A program made the position numbers and the translations under genes. A DNA stretch of 40,000 nucleotides. It comes from Pasteurellaceae bacterium LFhippo2 (GTDB lineage Bacteria; Pseudomonadota; Gammaproteobacteria; Enterobacterales; Pasteurellaceae). Under the pieces are notes generated by a model, which ran no database searches, was not told where the DNA came from, and saw only the letters and a list, made by a program, of their open reading frames with translations. Of this stretch, positions 20,035 through 27,718 are shown in pieces (the first letter of the stretch is position 1; every line of letters begins with the position of its first letter). The stretch covers positions 1-40,000 of the forward strand of contig LEKJ01000061.1 of assembly GCA_029852775.1 (NCBI GenBank). Reading direction: 5' to 3'.

Positions 20035-22323
20035 ATGGCAAGGATGAGATTTATCGAACTAAGAATCAAAGGTAAAGTTCAGGGAGTTGGATTTAGACCA
20101 TTTGTTTGGCTATTAGCAAAAGATCTGCAACTCAAAGGAGACGTCAATAATGATGGACAAGGTGTTTTAGTTCGCTTGCAGTCTCCAAGTGATACACAGC
20201 TTACTCAATTCCTTCTGGATTTAAATGCAAAGCTACCGCCACTTGCTAAAATTACTGATATTCAGCAATCTGAAACCTTTCTTACTGATTTTCCTACATT
20301 TAATGAATTTGTAATTCGTGAAAGCGAAAATAGTCTAATGGATACCCAAATCGTGCCAGATGCTGCAACTTGTCCAGCGTGCCTTGCAGAATTATTCACC
20401 CCGAGTAATCGCCGTTTCCACTACCCTTTTACAAATTGTACTCACTGTGGCCCTCGCTTTACCATTATTTATGCGATTCCCTATGATCGCAAAAATACGT
20501 CAATGGCAAATTTCAAATTCTGCCCCGAATGTCATAAAGAATATAAAGATCCTGCAGATCGTCGATTTCACGCACAGCCTAATGCTTGCCCAGTTTGTGG
20601 GCCTCACATTTGGTTACAAGATAAAACAAATCAACTTGCAACACTCGAAACCGCATTAACTCAAAGCGCACAGCTACTTGTTCAGGGCAATATAATTGCA
20701 GTGAAAGGATTAGGTGGATTTCATTTAGCGTGCGATGCAACAAATGCTAATTCTGTAAATTTATTACGTAAGCGAAAATACCGTCCCACAAAACCTCTTG
20801 CCGTAATGGTTCCTAATTTAACTTATTTGGTTGATTTAACAGAACAAGAAAAACAATTATTGACTAGTAGCGCAGCGCCAATAGTGTTATTAAAAAAGCA
20901 TAAAGCCCCAACATTGTGTGCTGAAATTGCCCCTAACTTATCAGAAATTGGTGTAATGTTACCTAGTAATCCATTGCAACATTTGCTACTAAATGAGATA
21001 AATCGACCGCTTGTAATGACTTCTGCAAATCCAAGTGGTGAGCCTCCCGTTTTAGATAACCAAACTGCTATGGATAAGCTACATTCTCTTGCGGATTTTT
21101 ACCTTTTCCATAATAGAGATATTTTGCAACGCGCTGATGATAGCTTAGTGCGAGCAGCTTTTGATGGCATAGAAACACTACGAAGAGCAAGGGGATATGT
21201 ACCTGATGAGATCAGCCTTGATCTTGATAACCAACAGCCAATTTTGGCATTAGGTTCTGATCTTAAAAATACATTTTGTCTACTCAAAGGTAATAATGCT
21301 GTCGTTAGCCAACATATTGGTGATACCTCAAACCTACAAGTACAAACACAATTACAGGATAATATCCAACTCTTTCAACAAATTTATCAATTTAAACCAA
21401 ATCATATTGTTGTGGATGCTCATTCAGGCTATTTTAGTTCTCAAGTTGGTAGACAACTTGCTATGCAACAGCAGTTACAGCTCCATCAAGTACTTCATCA
21501 TCATTCCCACATTGCAGCAGTCTTAGCAGAACATCATTGTGATGAAAAAGTAATTGGCATTGCATTAGATGGTATCGGAATGGGAGAAAATGGCCAACTT
21601 TGGGGGGGAGAATGTTTATTAATTAATAAATATCATTGCCAACATTTGGGGGGACTGCCTCCTGTAGCGTTGGCTGGCGGGGATTTAGCTGCTAAGCAAC
21701 CTTGGCGAAATTGGCTTGCGCATATTCAACAATTTGTTCCAAACTGGCAAGAGCTTGCGACAAAAACGTTAAAAGAATTTGAGTGGCAACTACTTGCTCG
21801 GGCAATTGAACAGAAGATAAATTCACCCGTAATCTCTTCTGCGGGTAGATTTTTTGATGCGGTTGCATATTCTTTGGGCATTACGCCAAAGCAGTTAAGC
21901 TGGGAAGGGGAAGCCGCCTGTCATTTAGAAACATTGGCTAGTCAATCTAAATGGGTAGAAAAAAATATCCAAGATATTCAGAAAGAGCTAGATGTAACAA
22001 TGCCGATCCATAATGATCAGTTTGATCTTGCTATTTTCTGGCAATCTTGGCTTAACCTAGATGACTCAATTGAGAATAAAGCATTCGCTTTTCACTTTAC
22101 TTTGGCTACAGCCTTTGCTGGAATGGCCAAAATCAATGCAAAAAAATACAACTGTCAGACAATTGTACTTTCAGGTGGGGTTATGCATAACCAATTATTA
22201 CGTCGATTATTGAAAGAAAGTCTTTCCGAATTTAACGTTCTAAGTGGTCAACAATATCCAATGAATGATGGCGGATTAAGTTTAGGACAAAGTTGGATTA
22301 TTGGACAATATCTAGAGATGTAA
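20035..22323 (+). CDS. hypF: Carbamoyltransferase HypF
   Basis: Acylphosphatase-like N-domain (KGKVQGVGFRPFVW), two zinc fingers (CPACLAEL...CTHCGPRF; CPECHKEY...CPVCGP), and YrdC-like and Kae1-like domains. The alternative start ATG 20044 has better SD spacing. Confidence 0.93.
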   Translation: MARMRFIELRIKGKVQGVGFRPFVWLLAKDLQLKGDVNNDGQGVLVRLQSPSDTQLTQFLLDLNAKLPPLAKITDIQQSETFLTDFPTFNEFVIRESENSLMDTQIVPDAATCPACLAELFTPSNRRFHYPFTNCTHCGPRFTIIYAIPYDRKNTSMANFKFCPECHKEYKDPADRRFHAQPNACPVCGPHIWLQDKTNQLATLETALTQSAQLLVQGNIIAVKGLGGFHLACDATNANSVNLLRKRKYRPTKPLAVMVPNLTYLVDLTEQEKQLLTSSAAPIVLLKKHKAPTLCAEIAPNLSEIGVMLPSNPLQHLLLNEINRPLVMTSANPSGEPPVLDNQTAMDKLHSLADFYLFHNRDILQRADDSLVRAAFDGIETLRRARGYVPDEISLDLDNQQPILALGSDLKNTFCLLKGNNAVVSQHIGDTSNLQVQTQLQDNIQLFQQIYQFKPNHIVVDAHSGYFSSQVGRQLAMQQQLQLHQVLHHHSHIAAVLAEHHCDEKVIGIALDGIGMGENGQLWGGECLLINKYHCQHLGGLPPVALAGGDLAAKQPWRNWLAHIQQFVPNWQELATKTLKEFEWQLLARAIEQKINSPVISSAGRFFDAVAYSLGITPKQLSWEGEAACHLETLASQSKWVEKNIQDIQKELDVTMPIHNDQFDLAIFWQSWLNLDDSIENKAFAFHFTLATAFAGMAKINAKKYNCQTIVLSGGVMHNQLLRRLLKESLSEFNVLSGQQYPMNDGGLSLGQSWIIGQYLEM
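21006..21014 (-). repeat. Apl-type USS (ACAAGCGGT, extended ACAAGCGGTC)
   Basis: Exact 9-mer on the minus strand, inside hypF. Confidence 0.7.
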
Positions 22324-22932
22324 TACATTATCAGCTAATTGATGGCAAAACCCGTCATCGTGAGAAGCAATCAACATTGGTAATGATAAATCTTTTAATA
22401 AGCTAACTAATTTGGTTTTATTCTTCGAATCAAGCCCATTAGTTGGCTCATCAAGTAGTAGCATTTTAGGTTGCATTGCTAATACGCCAGCAAGTGCTGT
22501 AAAATTTTTCTCACCCCCAGATAAAAGATTCACTGGCCGACTTTTCAAATGTTCAATACCTAGCTTTTGTAACTGTTCTAAAGCTATCTCGTAGGCTCGT
22601 TCTCTACTCTTCCCTTGGTTTAAACATCCAAAAGCGACATCATCTAATACTGTTGGGCCAAAAAGTTGATCTTCCGCATTTTGGAAACAAATCCCAACGG
22701 GACCTCGTAATTTTTCAAAGTCCTGTTCTGTTTTACATTGATTTCCAAACCATTCAATATTTCCAGTATGAATAGGAACAAAACCCAATAATGCTAATAA
22801 GAGAGTCGATTTCCCCGTACCAATATCTCCTTGCAAAAAAAAATGTTGTTGCTCAGAAATTGTAAAGTTTAAGTTAGAAATGACCGCTTGTTGGTTGCGG
22901 TATAAGGTTAAATCAGAAACGTTTAAAATCAT
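22312..22932 (-). CDS. cbiO: ECF-type Ni/Co transporter ATPase component (NikO/CbiO)
   Basis: Walker A GDIGTGKST, ABC signature LSGGEK, and Walker B LLLDEP. The 3' end overlaps the hypF 3' end by 12 nt (convergent). Confidence 0.85.
   Translation of the reverse strand: MILNVSDLTLYRNQQAVISNLNFTISEQQHFFLQGDIGTGKSTLLLALLGFVPIHTGNIEWFGNQCKTEQDFEKLRGPVGICFQNAEDQLFGPTVLDDVAFGCLNQGKSRERAYEIALEQLQKLGIEHLKSRPVNLLSGGEKNFTALAGVLAMQPKMLLLDEPTNGLDSKNKTKLVSLLKDLSLPMLIASHDDGFCHQLADNVLHL
22883..22891 (-). repeat. Apl-type USS (ACAAGCGGTC)
   Basis: Exact 9-mer on the minus strand, inside cbiO. Confidence 0.7.
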
Positions 22933-22933
22933 T

Positions 22934-23533
22934 TTAAAATCTAAAGCCTCTTGCTTTCATTGCTCTTTCTGCAGACTCTGCTTTTAACATAGCGTGAATC
23001 AACAATAATGCTACTCGTTGCGAATATACCTTCATTGTATAAAAATTACATTTAGGCTGAAAACCTCTAGCCTTCATTGCTATATCCATTTTATGGTTTA
23101 ACTCACCAAGCAGTGAAATATAGCGGACAGTTAAAATAAATAGGTGTTTGAGTTTTTTAGGTAATGGCAGTTCTGCTATAGCTTGGACCAGAATAGTATC
23201 TGTAACGTGATGCATAAACAGCCAAATCGACATTACAATTAAATTCATTCTTAGTGTAATAAGTAATGCGAGCTCAGCGCCATACATATTGAGTTCGATA
23301 CCATCAGACCCAATTTTCCAACTTAATGTTGCCCAGACCAAAACAGAAAAAATATTGAATTGAAACCAACGTTTCATCAAGTGTTTAGGTTGATGACTAT
23401 GCAGAAAAACAACCAACAACACGACTAATAAACTTAATCCCAATAGTAAAGCGATTGATTGGATATAACTGATTAGCAAACCCGATAAAAAAGCATAAAT
23501 CAAACGGTGATGCGGTTTAAGAAATCCTTTCAT
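22934..23533 (-). CDS. cbiQ: ECF transporter transmembrane (T) component NikQ/CbiQ
   Basis: 199-aa polytopic membrane protein with two ARG motifs near its C-terminus (AMKARGFQP, AMKARGFRF). Sits between cbiM and cbiO. Confidence 0.8.
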   Translation of the reverse strand: MKGFLKPHHRLIYAFLSGLLISYIQSIALLLGLSLLVVLLVVFLHSHQPKHLMKRWFQFNIFSVLVWATLSWKIGSDGIELNMYGAELALLITLRMNLIVMSIWLFMHHVTDTILVQAIAELPLPKKLKHLFILTVRYISLLGELNHKMDIAMKARGFQPKCNFYTMKVYSQRVALLLIHAMLKAESAERAMKARGFRF

Positions 23534-24134
23534 TTTTGCATAATACCTCTGGCAACATTTTAGATAATGTTAATAAAACACCAACACTGATCAGACTATC
23601 AATTACAAATACAGGTAGGTGTGAAACTAACAGCAAACCAATTAAATCGGTATAAGCTTCACCATTAAATATTAAGATTATTGACGCAATTAGGGCCGCT
23701 CCCCCGACACCAATAATTCCAGATAAAGTGCCCGCTAAAATTAATATAGGACGTTGTAAGCCTCGTTTTAAAATGGGAGAAACGATATAGTGAACCGCTA
23801 AGGCAGGAAGAGCCATAACACAAAGATTTATGCCCAATACAGAAAATCCACCAAAAGAAAATAACAACGCTTGAAGTATTAAAGCCACTAAAAATGCAGG
23901 AAACACTGACCAACCAAGTAACAATCCAGCTATTCCATTCAAAATTAGGTGCACACTACCAATACCAACTGGAATATGAATTGTACTTGCTACGAAAAAT
24001 GCGGATGCTAGCAATGCAGTAAGTGAAAGGTGCTCGTAATTCATTTTCTTTAGTCCAATAGCCACACCTACAACCGCAAATGTTGCTCCAACTAATAATG
24101 TTGAACTTTGTAATACGCCTTCCGACAAGTGCAT
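23517..24134 (-). CDS. cbiM: ECF transporter substrate-capture (S) component NikM/CbiM
   Basis: N-terminus MHLSEGVL is the conserved metal-binding Met-His N-terminus of CbiM/NikM. 205 aa, polytopic. Confidence 0.85.
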   Translation of the reverse strand: MHLSEGVLQSSTLLVGATFAVVGVAIGLKKMNYEHLSLTALLASAFFVASTIHIPVGIGSVHLILNGIAGLLLGWSVFPAFLVALILQALLFSFGGFSVLGINLCVMALPALAVHYIVSPILKRGLQRPILILAGTLSGIIGVGGAALIASIILIFNGEAYTDLIGLLLVSHLPVFVIDSLISVGVLLTLSKMLPEVLCKNERIS

Positions 24135-24595
24135 TATTTATCCCTTTTAGTTCTCAAAAACAATACAAGCCCAAAGATACCGAAGATGTAGCCAATACCG
24201 CCAATTACATCTCGAATGTATATTTTGTTCTTCAGTTGCTCAATCTCTTCGCGTAGTAATTGCAAATCCGTTGAAGTGCTACTTGCTGTCGCAATTTTAT
24301 GTACTTGCGTTTCTGCTCTATGCCCTTCCATACCTTCAATGATCACTGAAAAAGTACCATCTTGAGTCAAAGGTAAATGAAATCGGCCTTCCTTATCTGT
24401 TTTTCCATAAACTATAGGCTCACTTTCACCTTGTTTTACTACTTCAACGTAGGTTTCTACAGCAGGATGTTGATCTGAATAATAAGCTTTTCCTGAAACC
24501 TCATTACCGTCATACTGTGCGCTAATAAATAACCCGTGAGCCGATATATTTGCAGAAAAGAGGAGAAAAATGACCGCTTGTAATAATTTTTTCAT
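24134..24595 (-). CDS. NikL/CbiL-type accessory protein (signal peptide, periplasmic beta-rich domain, C-terminal TM anchor)
   Basis: Start at ATG 24595 (MKKLLQAVIFLLFSANISAHG), one nt after the nikK stop. C-terminal hydrophobic helix VIGGIGYIFGIFGLVLFL. Its position in the K-L-M-Q-O order matches the nikKLMQO/cbiKLMQO layout described for Actinobacillus. Confidence 0.65.
   Translation of the reverse strand: MKKLLQAVIFLLFSANISAHGLFISAQYDGNEVSGKAYYSDQHPAVETYVEVVKQGESEPIVYGKTDKEGRFHLPLTQDGTFSVIIEGMEGHRAETQVHKIATASSTSTDLQLLREEIEQLKNKIYIRDVIGGIGYIFGIFGLVLFLRTKRDK
24573..24581 (-). repeat. Apl-type USS (ACAAGCGGTC)
   Basis: Exact 9-mer on the minus strand, inside the nikL signal-peptide region. 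Confidence 0.7.
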
Positions 24596-24596
24596 A

Positions 24597-25301
24597 TCAT
24601 TTTGCTTCGAATGACAGGATATATTCATAAGAACGATCTGTATAGTCTGGATGATTATCTACCTTCTCTTCAAATTCTGCCCAGACTTTATTAATCCCTG
24701 CTTTTACAGCAAATTTTGCAATTCCTTGATCATTACTTAAAACAAACGGATCATCTTCACCAGTTCCAACTTTAATATCTTTGACTGGTTTATCATTATG
24801 CAGAACTAAAATATCCAATTGTTTTCCAGCTATAGGCATATCTAAAGGGACAAGCTCATAAGCTTGATTATGGGGTTGTGTTGATTCTTTATTCCAATGA
24901 ATAATTGCTTTACCTAGTTTCATCGGATTTATCGAAAATTCAGCAGAAGGGGCTTCTTTCTTTGTTTTTTCAACATATTTACCACTCGGTAATTTAGACC
25001 AAACACCATTATCAAATTCTAAAAAAACAATATCGCCATTTACTGTAATTTCAGCTTCACCTTTGCCATTTTCTAACTCTTTGAAATGTGGTTTGATAAT
25101 TTGAGTTGTCCCATTCACAAGTTCTTGTATTCGAATCAGTTTATGTTGAGAATAGGCTTCTGTCTCTTTATGACCGAACTTAACAATATAATAGGAAGAA
25201 GCTTGATTTTCAGTAGATTTTTCAAGCCACACATTGTGGGCTTGAGAACAAAATGAAATAAAAAGTAAGGAAAAGATAGAACCTATTTTGACTGTTTTCA
25301 T
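24597..25301 (-). CDS. NikK/CbiK-type periplasmic metal-binding component (DUF4198-like)
   Basis: Start at ATG 25301 (MKTVKIGSIFSLLFISFCSQAHNVWLE) with a signal peptide followed by mature HN..W, and a GAGGGA SD. It is the first gene of the five-gene transporter operon. Confidence 0.65.
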   Translation of the reverse strand: MKTVKIGSIFSLLFISFCSQAHNVWLEKSTENQASSYYIVKFGHKETEAYSQHKLIRIQELVNGTTQIIKPHFKELENGKGEAEITVNGDIVFLEFDNGVWSKLPSGKYVEKTKKEAPSAEFSINPMKLGKAIIHWNKESTQPHNQAYELVPLDMPIAGKQLDILVLHNDKPVKDIKVGTGEDDPFVLSNDQGIAKFAVKAGINKVWAEFEEKVDNHPDYTDRSYEYILSFEAK

Positions 25302-25358
25302 AATAATCCCTCTAAAGATAAATTCCGTACAGTATAAATGTCTCAATGAGTTAAAGTA

Positions 25359-25372
25359 TTGATATAAATCAC
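25359..25372. promoter_or_regulatory. FNR-like box with class II geometry upstream of nikK
   Basis: TTGAT-ATAA-ATCAC matches 9/10 of the consensus. Exactly 22 nt downstream on the minus strand lies TATACT (25336-25331, 5/6 of TATAAT). This places the box centre at -41.5 relative to a predicted TSS near 25324, giving a 23-nt leader that contains the SD. Confidence 0.55.
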
Positions 25373-25419
25373 AAAGAGTTAGTATCAGGGATACAGAGAA
25401 GCAAGAGATCTTATTTTAT

Positions 25420-25455
25420 ATAAAAACACCCTATCTGTTTATGCAGATAGGGTGT
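25420..25455 (-). terminator. Rho-independent terminator of folC
   Basis: Perfect 12-bp stem ACACCCTATCTG (25426-25437) / CAGATAGGGTGT (25444-25455) with a 6-nt loop, followed on the minus strand by TTTT. It lies 15 nt after the folC stop. Confidence 0.75.
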
Positions 25456-25470
25456 GTGATAAAACGTTAG

Positions 25471-26772
25471 CTAAGATTCAAGCCAAAGCATAAAATCAGC
25501 AACCGTATGGAATGAACCAAACACAAGAATAATATCTTCAGCGTTAGCTTGTTTAAACAGTTGCAGACTAGCTTGAGATACATTTTCATAAGTAAAACTT
25601 TTCGCAGTTGGTAACACTGCTTTTAGTTTTTTGGTTACCTGCTCACCACTCTGCCCACGGTAGCCAGCATCTAGCCCCGCACAATGCCATTCATCAATAA
25701 GATGATCTAAAGGCTCAACAATCCCAGAGAGATCTTTATCAACTAATGCACTGAATACTGTATAAATTTTTCGATTCGGCTGTTTTAATTCACTTAAACG
25801 GTTAGCAAGATAACGTGCTGCATGTGGATTGTGCCCTACGTCAACAATTACTTGTGCAAGCGGTCTATTTTGTGAGAATTTTGCAAAATCTTTATCTGTT
25901 AACTTTTGGAATCGACCGACCATTTGTGTTTCAGCTATCGCCTGCGCCATAATTTCTTCGCTAATATTAAAAGGTAATTGAGTTAATACCGCCAAAGCTG
26001 TCGCACTATTTGGAATTGGAATCTGTGGCATCGGCATTGTTAATCTTTGGTTTTGTGATTGCCAAATGAGCTGATTATTTTCGATTTTATAATGCCAGTC
26101 AGCTCCACGATAAAAAGCGTGACATTGCAACTCTTTCGTATATTCAATAATACTCTGTGGGCAATCTGGCTCACCAATGACTACGGGAATATTAGGACGG
26201 AAAATACCTGCTTTTTCATAACCAATCACTTCTCGGTTATCACCTAAAAATTCAATATGATCAATATCAATAGAAGTAATCACCGCAAAATCAGCATCAA
26301 TTAAGTTAGTTGCATCTAAACGACCGCCTAAGCCCACTTCTAAAATTGCTACATCTAGCTCTGCTCTGCGGAATAGATCAAAAGCGGCCAATGTGCCAAA
26401 TTCAAAATAGGTTAATGACGCCGTTTTATTTTGCTCGATGTAATCAAATGTCTGAATTAAATCTTCATCAGATACATTTTCCCCTTGAATACGTACTCGT
26501 TCATTATATTTGATTAAATGTGGCGATGAATAAACACCTACGCGCAATCCTGCCTTTAGCAATGCGGTTTCAAGTAGTTTACAAGTTGAACCTTTGCCAT
26601 TTGTACCGCCAACAGTAATCACATAAGGCGCTGGCTTGAGTAAATTGAGATTCTCTGCAACAACTCTAATTCGCTCTAAGCCCATATCAATAGGCTTAAA
26701 ATGGCTTTTTTCTAAAAAAGAAAGCCACGTATCCAAAGAATCCGTGGCTTTAGGTGATATTAAATTTGTCAT
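25471..26772 (-). CDS. folC: Bifunctional folylpolyglutamate synthase / dihydrofolate synthase
   Basis: P-loop-like VGGTNGKGST, SPHL..YNERV and Mur-ligase-family organisation. Sits downstream of accD, as in enterobacteria. Confidence 0.9.
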   Translation of the reverse strand: MTNLISPKATDSLDTWLSFLEKSHFKPIDMGLERIRVVAENLNLLKPAPYVITVGGTNGKGSTCKLLETALLKAGLRVGVYSSPHLIKYNERVRIQGENVSDEDLIQTFDYIEQNKTASLTYFEFGTLAAFDLFRRAELDVAILEVGLGGRLDATNLIDADFAVITSIDIDHIEFLGDNREVIGYEKAGIFRPNIPVVIGEPDCPQSIIEYTKELQCHAFYRGADWHYKIENNQLIWQSQNQRLTMPMPQIPIPNSATALAVLTQLPFNISEEIMAQAIAETQMVGRFQKLTDKDFAKFSQNRPLAQVIVDVGHNPHAARYLANRLSELKQPNRKIYTVFSALVDKDLSGIVEPLDHLIDEWHCAGLDAGYRGQSGEQVTKKLKAVLPTAKSFTYENVSQASLQLFKQANAEDIILVFGSFHTVADFMLWLES

Positions 26773-26792
26773 ATATTACAGTTTATATTAAT

Positions 26793-26814
26793 GGGGACAA
26801 GGATGTCCCCTACG
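26793..26814 (-). repeat. REP-like hairpin element (minus strand CGTAGGGGACATCCTTGTCCCC)
   Basis: 7-bp stem GGGGACA/TGTCCCC with a 4-nt loop and a CGTAGGG head, the same architecture as 5801-5823. Located in the accD-folC spacer. No U-run follows. Confidence 0.5.
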
Positions 26815-26821
26815 TTCTTAA

Positions 26822-27718
26822 TTATTCTTCAATAACTTCAACCAACTCGGCTTCTTTAAATGGCGTTGCTTGATGAGTTAATTTTGCCAAAATACGCGCT
26901 AAACTATCACGCATATCTTTACGGTGTACGATCATATCAATCGCCCCAGTTTCTAATAAAAATTCAGCGCGTTGGAAACCTTCAGGAAGTTTTTCACGTA
27001 CAGTTTGCTCAATAACACGTGGGCCTGCAAAACCGATTAATGCTTTTGGTTCAGCAATATTGATATCGCCTAGCATCGCTAAACTTGCTGACACACCACC
27101 TAAAGTCGGATCGGTTAATACAGAGATAAATGGCACACCTTTCTCACGCATTTTTGCTAAAATTGCACTGGTTTTTGCCATTTGCATTAATGAGAATAGC
27201 GCTTCTTGCATACGAGCACCACCAGAAGCAGAGAAGCATACAAACGGAATATTTTCGCTTAATGCACGCTCTGCTGCCTGAACGAATTTCGCCCCAACAA
27301 CTGAACCCATTGACCCGCCCATAAATTCAAAGTTAAATGATGCAACCACAACAGGCATATCAAATAATTTACCGTACATCACGATAAATGAATCTTTTTC
27401 GCCAGTCTGCTTTTGAGCAGCACTTAAACGATCTTTATATTTTTTTAGATCTTTAAATTTAAGTACATCTTGCGGTTCTAATTCTGCCGCCATTTCTTCT
27501 GCGCTATCTTGATCCAATAATGCCAATAAACGTGTACGAGCATCAATACGCATATGATGATCACATTTTGGACACACTTGCATATTACGTTTTAATTCTT
27601 CACTATATAGCACCTGTTCACAACTAGTACATTTTGTCCAAACGCCTTCAGGGATTTTCGACTTACTACTGCTCGATGTTGATGTCGTTTTTCCTAAAAT
27701 TCTTTCAATCCAGCTCAT
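26822..27718 (-). CDS. accD: Acetyl-CoA carboxylase carboxyltransferase beta subunit
   Basis: MSWIERI start, zinc ribbon CTSCEQV...CPKCDHH, and [13 protein letters not shown]. Confidence 0.95.
   Translation of the reverse strand: MSWIERILGKTTSTSSSSKSKIPEGVWTKCTSCEQVLYSEELKRNMQVCPKCDHHMRIDARTRLLALLDQDSAEEMAAELEPQDVLKFKDLKKYKDRLSAAQKQTGEKDSFIVMYGKLFDMPVVVASFNFEFMGGSMGSVVGAKFVQAAERALSENIPFVCFSASGGARMQEALFSLMQMAKTSAILAKMREKGVPFISVLTDPTLGGVSASLAMLGDINIAEPKALIGFAGPRVIEQTVREKLPEGFQRAEFLLETGAIDMIVHRKDMRDSLARILAKLTHQATPFKEAELVEVIEE

Noticed and set aside
22835-22843. An A9 homopolymer (T9 in the coding sense) inside cbiO, and an A8 tract inside mcrB (35866-35873), as possible phase-variation switches.
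   Set aside because: A/T runs of 8-9 are common in genomes this AT-rich. Both genes are currently in frame, and known Pasteurellaceae phase variation mostly uses tetranucleotide or longer repeats. This is only worth checking if population sequencing shows length variation.
25302-25470. A cobalamin riboswitch upstream of the cbi-type transporter.
   Set aside because: The usable leader is only about 120 nt, and I see no B12-box-like GCCACTG-type core or the extensive GC-rich pairing such riboswitches have. The region contains a promoter-like FNR box and a -10 hexamer instead.
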